Assembly: GCA_038231435.1 (NCBI GenBank)
Contig: JBBRLJ010000036.1
Location: 1 to 54,063, forward strand
Reading direction: 5' to 3'
DNA: 54,063 bases
DNA from: Planctomycetota bacterium
Lineage (GTDB): Bacteria; Planctomycetota; UBA11346
Notes under the pieces: model-generated
Told to the model about the DNA's origin: nothing
Databases searched by the model: none
The model's input: the letters and a program-made list of their open reading frames with translations, nothing else
Made by a program: the position numbers and the translations under genes
Part shown: positions 19,183-29,070 of the stretch, piece by piece
Layout of the letters: every line of letters starts with the position of its first letter
Position numbering within the stretch: position 1 is the stretch's first letter

Positions 19183-20520
19183 ATGCCCACCGCGTCCAAG
19201 CCCAAGATCACCTTCATCGGCGGCGGCAGCGCCAAGTTCGTGAGCGAGCTGGTGAAGGACATTTTCACCTACGACGCGCTGAAGTCAGCCCACATCTGCC
19301 TGATGGACATCGACGTCGAGCGCCTCGCGCGCGCCAAGCGCATCGTGCAGAAGCTGATCGCGGACATGCGCCTCGCAGCCACCGTCGAGACCACCCAGGA
19401 CCAGCGCCACGCGGTGCGCGGATCCGACTACGTGGTGGTGACGATCATGGTCGGCGGCTTCAAGCACTACAAGTCGGACGCCGAGATCCCCATGCAGTAC
19501 GGCGTGCTGCCCACCGTGGGCGACACCATCGGACCCGGCGGCGTGTTCCGCCTGGTGCGCACCGCGCCGGTCTTGCTCGAGCTGGCGAGGAATCTCGCCG
19601 AGCTCGCGCCCGACGCCTGGGTGCTGAACTATTCGAACCCCATGGCGATGAACACCTGGACGCTGCTGAAAGCCGGCCACGAGCGTACCGTCGGCCTGTG
19701 CCACAGCATCCAGGGCATGTACCGCATCATCGCCGATTGGCTGGGCATCCCGGCGGATGAGGTCCGCTACACCGCCGCCGGCATCAACCACATCAACTAC
19801 TACCTGACCCTCGAACATAAGGGCCGCGACCTCTATCCCGACCTGCTCGCCGCCGAGGAACGCATCCTCGCCAAGCATCCGAACGAGAAGGTGCGCTTCG
19901 AACTGCTGCGCTATCTCGGGCACTGGCCCGCCGAGGGGACCGAGCACCAGAGCGAGTACTACCCGTGGTTCCGCAAGGACCAGGCCCACGCCGACCGCTA
20001 CAACTCCGAGACCATGTGGGGCTACAACTTCGACTCGAAGCTCAATGGCTGGCTGCTGCAATCGGTCGAGGACCAGATCTCGGGCAAGAAGCCGATCTGC
20101 TATGACCGCGGGCATGAATACGGCTCGGGCATCATCAACGCCCTCGCCAGCAACGAGACCTACTCGATCTACGGCAACGTGCGCAACGATGGCATGATCG
20201 ACAACCTGCCCAACGGTTCGGTCGTCGAGGTCCCCTGCCTGGTGGACGGCAACGGCATCTTCCCGTGCCGCATGGGCCGCATCCCCACCAAGCTGGCCGC
20301 GGTGATGACGCCGCACATCCACGTCCATGAGATGGCGGTCGAGGGCGTGACGCGGAAGGATCGCGGACTGATCCGCGAGGCCATCCAGGCCGACCCGCTC
20401 ACCGCCGCGATCTGTACCCTACCTCAAATCGACAAGATGGTCGACCAGCTGTTCACCGAGAACGCCGCGTACGTCCAGGATTGGTCGAGGGGAAATCGGG
20501 TGATGGCCGCCAGCGCCTGA
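19183..20520 (+). CDS. Family 4 glycoside hydrolase (alpha-galactosidase/MelA-like)
   Basis: KITFIGGGS, GDTIGPGG, NYSNP, GLCHS and GINH motifs. Confidence 0.92.
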   Translation: MPTASKPKITFIGGGSAKFVSELVKDIFTYDALKSAHICLMDIDVERLARAKRIVQKLIADMRLAATVETTQDQRHAVRGSDYVVVTIMVGGFKHYKSDAEIPMQYGVLPTVGDTIGPGGVFRLVRTAPVLLELARNLAELAPDAWVLNYSNPMAMNTWTLLKAGHERTVGLCHSIQGMYRIIADWLGIPADEVRYTAAGINHINYYLTLEHKGRDLYPDLLAAEERILAKHPNEKVRFELLRYLGHWPAEGTEHQSEYYPWFRKDQAHADRYNSETMWGYNFDSKLNGWLLQSVEDQISGKKPICYDRGHEYGSGIINALASNETYSIYGNVRNDGMIDNLPNGSVVEVPCLVDGNGIFPCRMGRIPTKLAAVMTPHIHVHEMAVEGVTRKDRGLIREAIQADPLTAAICTLPQIDKMVDQLFTENAAYVQDWSRGNRVMAASA

Positions 20521-20553
20521 AACGGCCGCGGCCGCGGTGCCGGTTCGAAACGC

Positions 20554-20820
20554 CTACCGTGTCGGCGCGAACAGGTAGGCGCCGAGCGCCAAGACACCGC
20601 CGATGATCATCGCCGACGAGCCGTAGTGGCTTTTGCGCGCCAAGGCGCCAAGGAACGCGGCTCCGACCTCGCCGGCGATCAGGCTGTTGCGCGCATCCAT
20701 CATCGTCCAGGTGCGCGGCGAGGTCGCCGCGAGGATTCCCACGACCACCCCGAGCACCACGCTGGCCAGACACAAGCCGAGCGCGAGCTTGCCGATGATA
20801 TCCCAACGCGGATTTCCCAT
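20554..20820 (-). CDS. Small hypothetical membrane protein
   Basis: 88 aa with three hydrophobic segments; fills the gap between genes. Confidence 0.6.
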   Translation of the reverse strand: MGNPRWDIIGKLALGLCLASVVLGVVVGILAATSPRTWTMMDARNSLIAGEVGAAFLGALARKSHYGSSAMIIGGVLALGAYLFAPTR

Positions 20821-20856
20821 GCGTGAGATGTAGCGGCGCGGAGGCGAATGGGGAGG

Positions 20857-20994
20857 GGCGGAAGGCGGAAGGCGGAAGGCGGGGAACTGGCAGACCGAAA
20901 CGCGCAGGCGCGATGGCCGGAAGACCGAAGCCTAGGCAGGAGAGAAAGACCCAGATCCGGGCTCTCGCCTTCTCGCCTTCTCGCCTTCTCGCCT
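20857..20994. repeat. Short tandem repeats (GGCGGAA)x3 and (TCTCGCCT)x4
   Basis: Read directly at 20857-20882 and 20963-20994. Confidence 0.85.
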
Positions 20995-21044
20995 TCGCAC
21001 TTTCGCGCTCTCGAGCATTCCGGTCCTCCAGTGTCCCGTCCCCC

Positions 21045-22457
21045 CTATTCCCCGATATAATGCTCGATCTCTTCCCTGGTGAGCACGAAGCCGTTCTCTC
21101 CTGGCTTGATCGCGCCCAAGCCCACCAGGCATTCGGTGAAGACTTCGCGCGTGCGCAGCTCGAGCGCGGGCATGTCCAGGGTGGTCATCTGCTTGAGGAT
21201 GTGCTGGCCCTTCTTCACGTGGGTGCGCTCGTCGGAGCGGATGTAGTCCGACAGATGGGTCAGCAGCGAATCGTTGCGCTCGACCGCGCGCTGAAAGAGC
21301 CCATTGATGGTCTTGAGCACGCCGACCTCGCCAAACAGGTTGATCTCGGCCATTGCGAACGCCGGTTCCATCGGGCCGCGACAGGTGCTCGAGGTCAGGC
21401 GGTTGGGCAGCTCGAACGGATCGTAGCCGGAAGCGAGCATCGCGCGGTGGCCCATCTCGGTGTGACGGCTCTCGTCCCAGGTGATGCGCGCCAGGCTGTG
21501 CTCGGCCTCGAAATCCTTGAAGCGGATGTCCCACAGGAAAGTGCCGAAAGCCTCGATCGCGTCGACCTCGTCGCGTTGGGCGCGGATGAACGACAGCCGT
21601 TCGGCGTCATAGCTGCCGTGTTCATAGCGCGGCGTGCCGTCGAAGACGTTGTAGTCGCCGGTGTGGGCGAAGGTGCGGAAGCGCTCGTCGCGCTTGGGCA
21701 CGGTGCCGCGCACGTACGGCGTGGTGGCGGTGCGCAGATTCGCGGGCTTTTCACAGCGCGCGTCGACGCCGGTCACGCCGCCGATCGAACCCAGGAGCCT
21801 ACCCAGATGCCAACGCCAGGCGCTCAGCCGGCTCTCGTCGACGCCACCAGCTAGGTACGCCTCGATAGCGCCGTCGGCCCAGGCGAGCATCGGCTGGTAG
21901 TCGAGCAGCACCTGCTTGAGCGCGCGCACCGTCGGCGCGTCGGCCACCGCGCAGGTGTCATCCATGTGATGACGGAAGGCGGTCTCGAGCGCGCGACCGA
22001 GTACTTGGTGCATGCCGACCAACAGCTCGGGCGTGTCCGCCGCCGACAGCGCCTCGTCGAAGAGCGCGTCGATCTCGGCATCGCGGAAGCCGTCGATCTG
22101 CGGCAGGCGGCGCTCCTGCTCGTTCAGGCGCTGGCGCAGGATGCGCGCGGCGTCGAGATGCCAGAAGATGTGGCGACCGGTCTCGAGCTTGACCTCGAAC
22201 TCGGGGATCGACAGCGTCCACGAGCCCAACGCCTGACCGAGACGGCGCTCGAAGTAGAAGAAGCGCATCAGGCGGCGCGCGTTCTCCTCGACCGTGTACT
22301 TGCCGCCGAGCGCGCGCTGGTCGCGCGGAAAGCGGAACGGGAACGCGGCTCGGCGGGTCGCGGCTGCGGCGCGCTCGTCATGGCGGGTCGCCGGAGGCAG
22401 CAAGGCGGCGGGGACGGTCGAGGCGGTCGAGGCGGTCGAGGCGGTCGAGGCGGTCAT
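21045..22457 (-). CDS. Two-domain ferritin-like (DUF455-like) putative diiron protein
   Basis: DEVDAIE, WDESRH, GE and DERTH motifs in the C-terminal domain; GGAG SD before the ATG at 22457. Confidence 0.75.
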   Translation of the reverse strand: MTASTASTASTASTVPAALLPPATRHDERAAAATRRAAFPFRFPRDQRALGGKYTVEENARRLMRFFYFERRLGQALGSWTLSIPEFEVKLETGRHIFWHLDAARILRQRLNEQERRLPQIDGFRDAEIDALFDEALSAADTPELLVGMHQVLGRALETAFRHHMDDTCAVADAPTVRALKQVLLDYQPMLAWADGAIEAYLAGGVDESRLSAWRWHLGRLLGSIGGVTGVDARCEKPANLRTATTPYVRGTVPKRDERFRTFAHTGDYNVFDGTPRYEHGSYDAERLSFIRAQRDEVDAIEAFGTFLWDIRFKDFEAEHSLARITWDESRHTEMGHRAMLASGYDPFELPNRLTSSTCRGPMEPAFAMAEINLFGEVGVLKTINGLFQRAVERNDSLLTHLSDYIRSDERTHVKKGQHILKQMTTLDMPALELRTREVFTECLVGLGAIKPGENGFVLTREEIEHYIGE

Positions 22458-22514
22458 GATGATCTCCGTATGACCGCCCATGGTACCTGGGAGTTCTGTG
22501 CCTCTAAGCCGCCG

Positions 22515-22542
22515 TTGACTGAAATTGGTATTTTTTTAACAT
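22515..22542 (+). promoter_or_regulatory. Possible sigma70 promoter in an AT-rich divergent intergenic region
   Basis: TTGACT-16nt-TAACAT. Confidence 0.35.
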
Positions 22543-22587
22543 ATCTTGCTCACAGAGACGCCCAGTGAGCGGAAATGAGTACATCAC

Positions 22588-23487
22588 ATGGCCCATCGAT
22601 CAGTCCATTCCGCGGCTCGCAGGCGGCTACGCTTCGAGCCGATCCACGCCGCGGCCGGATCGTCGTTCTATTCGAAGTCCTTCGACCACCGCAGGCAGTT
22701 CGAGTTCGCCTGGCACCACCATCCCGAGCTCGAGTTGGCTTTGATCGTCAAGGGCCGGGGCCGACGTTACGTCGGCGATTCGATCGAGGATTTCTCGCCC
22801 GGTGATCTCACCCTGATCGGCGCGGACGTGCCGCATACCTGGCACAGTGATCCCGAAGACGGAGGCGTGGCCTCGAAGGTCATCCAATTCCTGCCGACGG
22901 TCTTCGCCAGCGCCATCGCCGGGACGCCGGAACTGCGCACCATCTCCGCCCTGCTCGAGCGTGCTGACCGCGGCCTGCGCGTGCACGGTCCGCTGCGCGA
23001 GGACGTGGAACGGTTGTTCGTGCGCATCGTCGAGAACCAGGACGGCGGCTGGCGTCAGGTCTGCGACTTGATCCATCTGCTTGGAGCCCTCGCCGACGCC
23101 GGCGCCAGCGAGGTCACCGAGCTGTCCGGCGCCGCGCCGCGCCGCGCCGCTGATGAACGGGTCGATCGCAAGGTCGACCGCGTATTCGCCCTGCTCCACC
23201 GACCGCCAGACGAGATCCCCAGCCAGGCCCAGGCGGCGCGCGCGGTGCAAATGTCGCCCCAGGCGTTCAGTCGCTTCTTCCGCAATGCCGTGGGCAAGAC
23301 CTACGTCGAATGCGTGAACGAGATCCGCGTGCTCGCGGCCTGCCGCGACCTCATCGAGACCGATCGCAGCATCATCGAGATCGCCTACGCCGCCGGATTC
23401 AACAACCTCTCGAACTTCAATCGGCGCTTCCGCGCGGTGAAAGGTACGACGCCGAGGGAGTTCAGGGGGGAGACGAGGGTGGAGTGA
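22588..23487 (+). CDS. AraC-family regulator with cupin sensor
   Basis: WHHHPELEL cupin motif; C-terminal GFNNLSNFNRRF..TPREFR. Confidence 0.93.
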   Translation: MAHRSVHSAARRRLRFEPIHAAAGSSFYSKSFDHRRQFEFAWHHHPELELALIVKGRGRRYVGDSIEDFSPGDLTLIGADVPHTWHSDPEDGGVASKVIQFLPTVFASAIAGTPELRTISALLERADRGLRVHGPLREDVERLFVRIVENQDGGWRQVCDLIHLLGALADAGASEVTELSGAAPRRAADERVDRKVDRVFALLHRPPDEIPSQAQAARAVQMSPQAFSRFFRNAVGKTYVECVNEIRVLAACRDLIETDRSIIEIAYAAGFNNLSNFNRRFRAVKGTTPREFRGETRVE

Positions 23488-23492
23488 GGGAG

Positions 23493-23544
23493 GGATGGCG
23501 GATGACGGAGAGCGGAGAGCAGCGGAAAGCGGAAAGCGGAAAGC
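23493..23544. repeat. Degenerate heptamer array (GGAAAGC type)
   Basis: GGATGGC GGATGAC GGAGAGC GGAGAGC ... (GGAAAGC)x3. Confidence 0.8.
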
Positions 23545-23601
23545 TTGAAGACGGCCTCGGCTGGCCGGATATATCCAGTGGATTGCGGTGTCTTCCAACC
23601 A

Positions 23602-24570
23602 CTAGTCTCTGGGATCATCCGTTCCATGCTTCGATCGCCATTCCCTCGGTGTGCGGCCCTTCGCGCGCTTGAATAGCAGGCTGAAATATTGCGATGAGCA
23701 GAAGCCGAGGTCGAGCGCGATGGTGGTGATCGCGGTCGCGGGTTCGGCGACTAGCCGCGAGGCTGCGGATTCGATGCGCAGCGTGGTCAGGTGTTCGAGC
23801 GGCGTGCAGCCCAGCTCGCGCTTGAACACCACCGCGAAATGGCCCGGGGACAATCCCGACCACGCGGCCATCTCGGCGAGGCTCGGCGGATCGGCCAGCG
23901 AGCCGCGCAGGCGTTCGAGCGCGACGCGCAGATCGCCTCGCCGCGGTTCGGGTAGCGAGATCGTGGCGTCGCGGCGCTCGCGCGCGGCGATAGCCATGCG
24001 CGTCACGAACACAGCAAGTTCCACCAGCAGGGCCTGCACCATGGCCACGATCAGCGCGCGCCGGGTAGGGTCGGCTCCGGCGAGAGCGTCGAGCTCGTCG
24101 AGGATGCCGCGATAGATCCGCTGCACGCCCTGGCCGCCGTGCAGCACGCGTTGATCGAACGCGCCCAGGCTGTCCACCGCGCGGGTTTCGTCGGACGCCA
24201 GCGACAGGTCGCGCTGCGGAAGCTTTCCGGAAGTCGGGCCCGTCATCAGGTGGGGATCGAAGGCGATGGCGTAGTTGCGCTGCGGATCGAGCGGATCGGT
24301 GCGGCCGTGATGCGGTTCGTCAGGTCGGGTCAGGTAGATGTCGCCAGCGCCAAGTGCGAAGCTGCCATCGGGGTTGGTCCACAGTGCCCGCCCCGAGACG
24401 ATGTAGCAGATCTCGAAGGTGGGATGGCTGTGCGGCGGCAGCACGTGCGCGGCGGTGCATTGCGCCTCGTTGATGTGCACCAGGCCGGGGATCTCGGCGA
24501 GCGGATGCTCGTAGCCGCGGAAGTAGCGGAAATGCGGCGAGGGTTCGGGCGATCGTGGATTCATGGACAT
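23602..24570 (-). CDS. AraC-family regulator with cupin sensor
   Basis: PHSHPTFEICYI cupin; GFCSSQYFSLLFKR..TPREWR; start 24570 or 24564. Confidence 0.92.
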   Translation of the reverse strand: MSMNPRSPEPSPHFRYFRGYEHPLAEIPGLVHINEAQCTAAHVLPPHSHPTFEICYIVSGRALWTNPDGSFALGAGDIYLTRPDEPHHGRTDPLDPQRNYAIAFDPHLMTGPTSGKLPQRDLSLASDETRAVDSLGAFDQRVLHGGQGVQRIYRGILDELDALAGADPTRRALIVAMVQALLVELAVFVTRMAIAARERRDATISLPEPRRGDLRVALERLRGSLADPPSLAEMAAWSGLSPGHFAVVFKRELGCTPLEHLTTLRIESAASRLVAEPATAITTIALDLGFCSSQYFSLLFKRAKGRTPREWRSKHGTDDPRD

Positions 24571-24621
24571 GCATCGCGCGATCGTTGACGACGTCGTGGC
24601 CAACGATCGTAGGTTGCGGGC

Positions 24622-25500
24622 ATGATCGACACAACCTGCCAGCCACCCTCGCTCGCCCATGGACCAAACAGCCCTCTTGGCCGGGTTGGCGAGCGTACCG
24701 CGTTCACTCCCCGCTGCGACCTGCACGATGACGAGATCACCGCCTTCGCGGAGCGCGGCTACCACATCAACGAGGAGTTGTTCTCGCTGGATGAGGTGGA
24801 GGCCGTCAAGCAGGCCTGCGTCCGGGTCGCGAACGGCCTCTATGCCACCGGGGTCGCTCCGGATGCTCCGTTCTGGCGACCAGGAGCCGCGCCCACCGCG
24901 GTCTGCAAGATCGACAACAGCTGGAAGAGCGATCCGGTCATCCAGGCCGCGGTCACCAGCCCACGTCTGGGACGCATCGCGGCCCAGCTGCTCGGCGCCG
25001 AGGGCGTCCGCCTGTTCCATGATCAGTACCTGCACAAGCCGGCACGCGGCGGAGGCATCGTCACCTGGCACCAGGACTACATGTTCTGGCACATGATCGA
25101 CCGCTGCCGCACGGTCACCTGCTGGATCGCGCTAGCCGACGTGGCGATCGATTCAGGACCGATGGTGTTCATCGAAGGTAGCCATCGCGGCGGTTTGATC
25201 GGAGGCCCCCCCTCGCACTGGACCGGGGATCTCCTGCCACCGCCGCCCACGCCTGGGCGCGTGGTGCCGGTGGTGATCCGCGCCGGCCAGGTGTCGTTCC
25301 ACCATGGTCTCATGGTCCACGCCAGCGATGTGAACACCGGGCCCAACGAGCGCTTTTCGCTGGTCTCGCATGTCATGGCCAGCGACTGCCGCTACCGCGT
25401 GGGATACCCGCACATGTGCGAGGAGCGCATGCGCGAGCACCCAGAGCACCCCGCACCTGGTGAGCTATTCCGCGGTCCGCAATTCCCGCGGATCGTCTGA
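24622..25500 (+). CDS. PhyH-family Fe(II)/2-oxoglutarate dioxygenase
   Basis: WHQD..H facial triad, TCWIAL, GSH, conserved distal Arg. Confidence 0.9.
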   Translation: MIDTTCQPPSLAHGPNSPLGRVGERTAFTPRCDLHDDEITAFAERGYHINEELFSLDEVEAVKQACVRVANGLYATGVAPDAPFWRPGAAPTAVCKIDNSWKSDPVIQAAVTSPRLGRIAAQLLGAEGVRLFHDQYLHKPARGGGIVTWHQDYMFWHMIDRCRTVTCWIALADVAIDSGPMVFIEGSHRGGLIGGPPSHWTGDLLPPPPTPGRVVPVVIRAGQVSFHHGLMVHASDVNTGPNERFSLVSHVMASDCRYRVGYPHMCEERMREHPEHPAPGELFRGPQFPRIV

Positions 25501-25507
25501 ATGGCGA

Positions 25508-26500
25508 TCAGGGAGGAGTGGTCGCCTTCGCGGGCTGCTTGCCGGCATCCTTTTTCGGTGCGCTCGATGGGGTGCTCGTCGGCGCATCCGCGGGCGCGTT
25601 CACGGCTCCACCGGCGGGTGCCTTCGGCAACTCGGCATCCTTATCCTCGCTGGCTTTGTCCTCGCTGGCTTTAGCAGGCGCCTCGGCGCGCTTTGCCTGC
25701 GGCACCAGATCGAGGATGGCCTGCGTTGGGCGCACGATCACCAGCGCGCTCGGATCCGAGCGCCTGCTGACCAACGACAGCATGCCGAGCATGCCAGCTG
25801 CGTCGTCGCTCTCGACGGCGCGCTTGGTCACGAACAGACCCAGCGGGCTGCCGTCCGCCGCGTATGCCATCGATCCAGCGTTGGCCGAGATGGTGTCGTC
25901 GGCGACGTAGAAGGGCTGGGGGCCCTTCACATAGGCGCGGATCTCACCCAGCGTCAGGGTGGTGGCGCGGTTGGCGACCTTGCCGAGTCGGCCGATGGCG
26001 AACACCTGGTCGAGCGGACGGGCCTGCGTCTTCGGCGCCTTCAGTTCGACGGCGTCGAGCGTGAGCTTGGCGTCGCGTGGGCGCACGAAGGCGAGGTCGA
26101 GGTCGGCATCCTTGAGCACGATGTCGGACTCGACCTCGGTACCGTCATCGAGCAGCAGCGTGGTCTCCTTCACCTCGCTCGAGATGTCGACTTGCTGGCC
26201 GAAGCGCTTGAGCAGCGACGCGATGGTCGAGGACGAATCCACCGCCGAGGCGCTGACCACGGTCAGGCCCGATGGATCGATGACCGTACCCACCGATTCG
26301 AGCTTCTGCTCCTGGTCCTGCGACTGCCCCTGCATCGCCATCTTCAGCTTGATGACTACGCGCACGGTGACCACCGACTTGCGCGCCGATTCAGCGACGC
26401 TGCGCGCGGTGTCGCGGATGTCGTCCGCGCCGGGCGCGAACCCAGCGGAGCCGAGGAGGAAGACAGACAGCCCGAGCGTGCGGAGGAGGGATGAGGGCAT
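25508..26500 (-). CDS. Exported trypsin-fold protein lacking the catalytic His and Ser
   Basis: Signal peptide; GTVIDPSGLTVVSASAV, DLDLAFV and NAGSM align with the HtrA motifs; low-complexity tail. Confidence 0.75.
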   Translation of the reverse strand: MPSSLLRTLGLSVFLLGSAGFAPGADDIRDTARSVAESARKSVVTVRVVIKLKMAMQGQSQDQEQKLESVGTVIDPSGLTVVSASAVDSSSTIASLLKRFGQQVDISSEVKETTLLLDDGTEVESDIVLKDADLDLAFVRPRDAKLTLDAVELKAPKTQARPLDQVFAIGRLGKVANRATTLTLGEIRAYVKGPQPFYVADDTISANAGSMAYAADGSPLGLFVTKRAVESDDAAGMLGMLSLVSRRSDPSALVIVRPTQAILDLVPQAKRAEAPAKASEDKASEDKDAELPKAPAGGAVNAPADAPTSTPSSAPKKDAGKQPAKATTPP

Positions 26501-26519
26501 TGGGGGAGGCTTTCGGGGT

Positions 26520-26607
26520 GAAGTGGGAGCGGAGCGAGAGGAGAGCGGATGGCGGATGGTCGGAGAGGAAGAAGACGGAAGTGGGAAGAGGGAAGAAGGG
26601 AGAGCGC
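26520..26607. repeat. Degenerate purine-rich heptamer array
   Basis: GGAGAGC GGATGGC GGATGGT and GGAAG-type units between the two protease genes. Confidence 0.6.
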
Positions 26608-26615
26608 CTGGTGCG

Positions 26616-28676
26616 TCAGGGGGCGGGCCAGGTGGGTTCCAGCTCGATGAAGGTCGTCGAGATACCGCGTTTGACGAACAGGGTCAGGTGCTTGGCGTGC
26701 TTGTCGATCAACGGCTTCAGGTGGGTTTCGAGGGCCTTGATGTCGGCGACGGGTTCGCCATCGACGGCTTGGACGAGGTCGTCGGTGTGCAGCCCCCCCA
26801 CCGCGGCCCAACCGCCGGATTCGACCTGCGTGACCAGGGCGCCTCTCTCGTTCTTCTGCCAACGGTGCTTGACGCGGTCGAGGTACGAGATGTCGCGCGC
26901 CTTGAATTCCAGGGCCACGTCCTCGTAGACCTTGAGCTCGGCTTCCTGGCGTGGCGCTTCGGTCAAGACCAATCCGATGACGAGCGGCTTGCCGTCGCGG
27001 ATGACGGTGAACTCGACGCGCGCGTCCGGCTTGTAGGCGCGCAGCATCTGCTCGAACACCTGGGCATCCTGCGGTTCGGAGGCCTCGATCGCCTGGTCGT
27101 CGATGCGGGTGAGCACGTCACCGACCTGCAGTCCCGCCTCCTGCGCGCTGCTGTCGGGGTAGACCTGGGTGATGCGCACGCCCTTCTTGCCCTTGAGGCC
27201 GAGCGCGGTCGCGAGCTTCGAGGACAGCACCTGCGTGGCCACCGGCAGCCATGGTTTGCGCGCCACGGCCGGCGGCTCCTGGGGTTTCCGGATGCCGATC
27301 TCGACCACCGTCAATTCACGCTCGGCGCCGCGCTCGTACGCGACCAACGTCGGCACCGGATCGGCGTGGTCCTTCACCACCGCCGCGGTCAACGCCTGGA
27401 ACGACTCGAGTCCGTCCACGGCTTCGCCGGCGATCTCCAGGATCAGGTCGTCCTCGCGCAGGTCGGGGATCGCGCGATTGGCCGGGCCTCCGGGGCGGAC
27501 GCTGCCGACCACCACGCCCTTCTGGTCGGCGCGCAGACGCTCCTTCGATTCGAGCAGCGTCAACCGGCGCACCGTCAGACCCCATTCCTTGACCTCGGCC
27601 TCCTTGCCACGGGCCTCGTCGCGCGCGATCGGCGTGACCATCAGTGACAGTTCCTTGCCCGCGCGCGTGATCCTGAGCGCGACCGGGACGCCGACCTTCT
27701 TCGCCAAAAGGAGCTGCGTGAAGCCCGGGAGCTGGGTGTCGAAACGCACCGTCACGGCTTGGGCGTCGACCGCCATCACCGTGTCGCCGGCGAGCACGCC
27801 CGCGCCCTCCGCAGGTGATCCCGGCACCACGCTCGATACCAGCACGCCATCGCCCGGCTTCTCGCCCGTGCCGGGCTTCAACAGCGGCTGGAAGCCGATG
27901 CCCAGCCACGCGCGCGCGATCTTGCCGTGCGCGATCAGCTGCTCGGCGACGCTGCGTGCCAGCTCGCTGGGAATGGCGCCGGCCAGGCCCAGGCCGATCT
28001 CGTTGATGCCGACGATGCCGCCCTCGATGTTGACCAGCGGCCCGCCGGAATTGCCGTGGTCGATGTGGGCATCGTGGCCGATCCACTTGACCACCGTGCC
28101 GACGTTCTCGCCGTCCATCTCGAGCTCGCCACCCATGAACTTGGGGATGGTCATGTCCTTGTTCGAGACGATGCCGCGCGTCACCGATTGCGAGAGCGCC
28201 AATGGGCAGCCCATGGCCAACACGGTGTCGCCGATGCGCAGTTCCTCGGAGCTGCCGAAATGCGCGACCGGCAAAGGCGCGCCGGGCTGGCGGCCGGCGA
28301 GATCGAGCTTGATCACCGCTATGTCGGCGAGCGGATCGGTGCCCACCAACGTGGCATCGAGCTCCTCCTTGGTGGAGAGGATGCAGCGGATCGCCACCGC
28401 GTGTCCGGCCACATGGTGGTTGGTGATGACGTGGCCGTCCTTCGAGATGATTGCGCCGCTGCCGGCCGACTGGTATTTCCGCTCACGACCGTTGTCGTAC
28501 CCGGGCGAGAGCACGTAGATCTGGACCAGCGCGGGATAAACTGCGTCGATCGCGCGATCGATGTCCAGCTTGGCCGGTGGCGTCACGGGCTCGGCAGCTC
28601 TCAATCGCTCCGAAGCCATGGCGGCGAGCAAGACCGCGCCGACGAGTAGCGGAAGGAAGGACGAGGTTCGGATCAT
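26616..28676 (-). CDS. HtrA/DegP-like serine protease with four PDZ domains
   Basis: Signal peptide; TNHHV, DIAV and GNSGGP triad motifs; four PDZ-like repeats. Confidence 0.92.
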   Translation of the reverse strand: MIRTSSFLPLLVGAVLLAAMASERLRAAEPVTPPAKLDIDRAIDAVYPALVQIYVLSPGYDNGRERKYQSAGSGAIISKDGHVITNHHVAGHAVAIRCILSTKEELDATLVGTDPLADIAVIKLDLAGRQPGAPLPVAHFGSSEELRIGDTVLAMGCPLALSQSVTRGIVSNKDMTIPKFMGGELEMDGENVGTVVKWIGHDAHIDHGNSGGPLVNIEGGIVGINEIGLGLAGAIPSELARSVAEQLIAHGKIARAWLGIGFQPLLKPGTGEKPGDGVLVSSVVPGSPAEGAGVLAGDTVMAVDAQAVTVRFDTQLPGFTQLLLAKKVGVPVALRITRAGKELSLMVTPIARDEARGKEAEVKEWGLTVRRLTLLESKERLRADQKGVVVGSVRPGGPANRAIPDLREDDLILEIAGEAVDGLESFQALTAAVVKDHADPVPTLVAYERGAERELTVVEIGIRKPQEPPAVARKPWLPVATQVLSSKLATALGLKGKKGVRITQVYPDSSAQEAGLQVGDVLTRIDDQAIEASEPQDAQVFEQMLRAYKPDARVEFTVIRDGKPLVIGLVLTEAPRQEAELKVYEDVALEFKARDISYLDRVKHRWQKNERGALVTQVESGGWAAVGGLHTDDLVQAVDGEPVADIKALETHLKPLIDKHAKHLTLFVKRGISTTFIELEPTWPAP

Positions 28677-28777
28677 GCGCTCTCCAGGACGTTACGGAGG
28701 GCGGAACGCTAACGGCTTCGTCGATGCGTGCCATCGGCCCCAGCGACTTGAGGACGCGATGACCTGTCACACGAGAG

Positions 28778-28850
<73 letters not shown>

Positions 28851-29070
28851 CGGGGCGGGATGGTGCCGGGAGCGGAGGGCGAGTCCATCGGACGGCATGG
28901 CAGTGGCCTGCGTCGACCACGCGCGATGACGACGCTAGGGAGCGCCGCATAGCTTCAGGTCGGCGCCAAGCTGTCCGTTTCCTGCATGGATCGCGGCCAC
29001 ATATAACATAACGACATGGTTCACTGACCTTTGGGATGATAGCTGTTTGGGCCGTCCTATAGCTGCTGGC

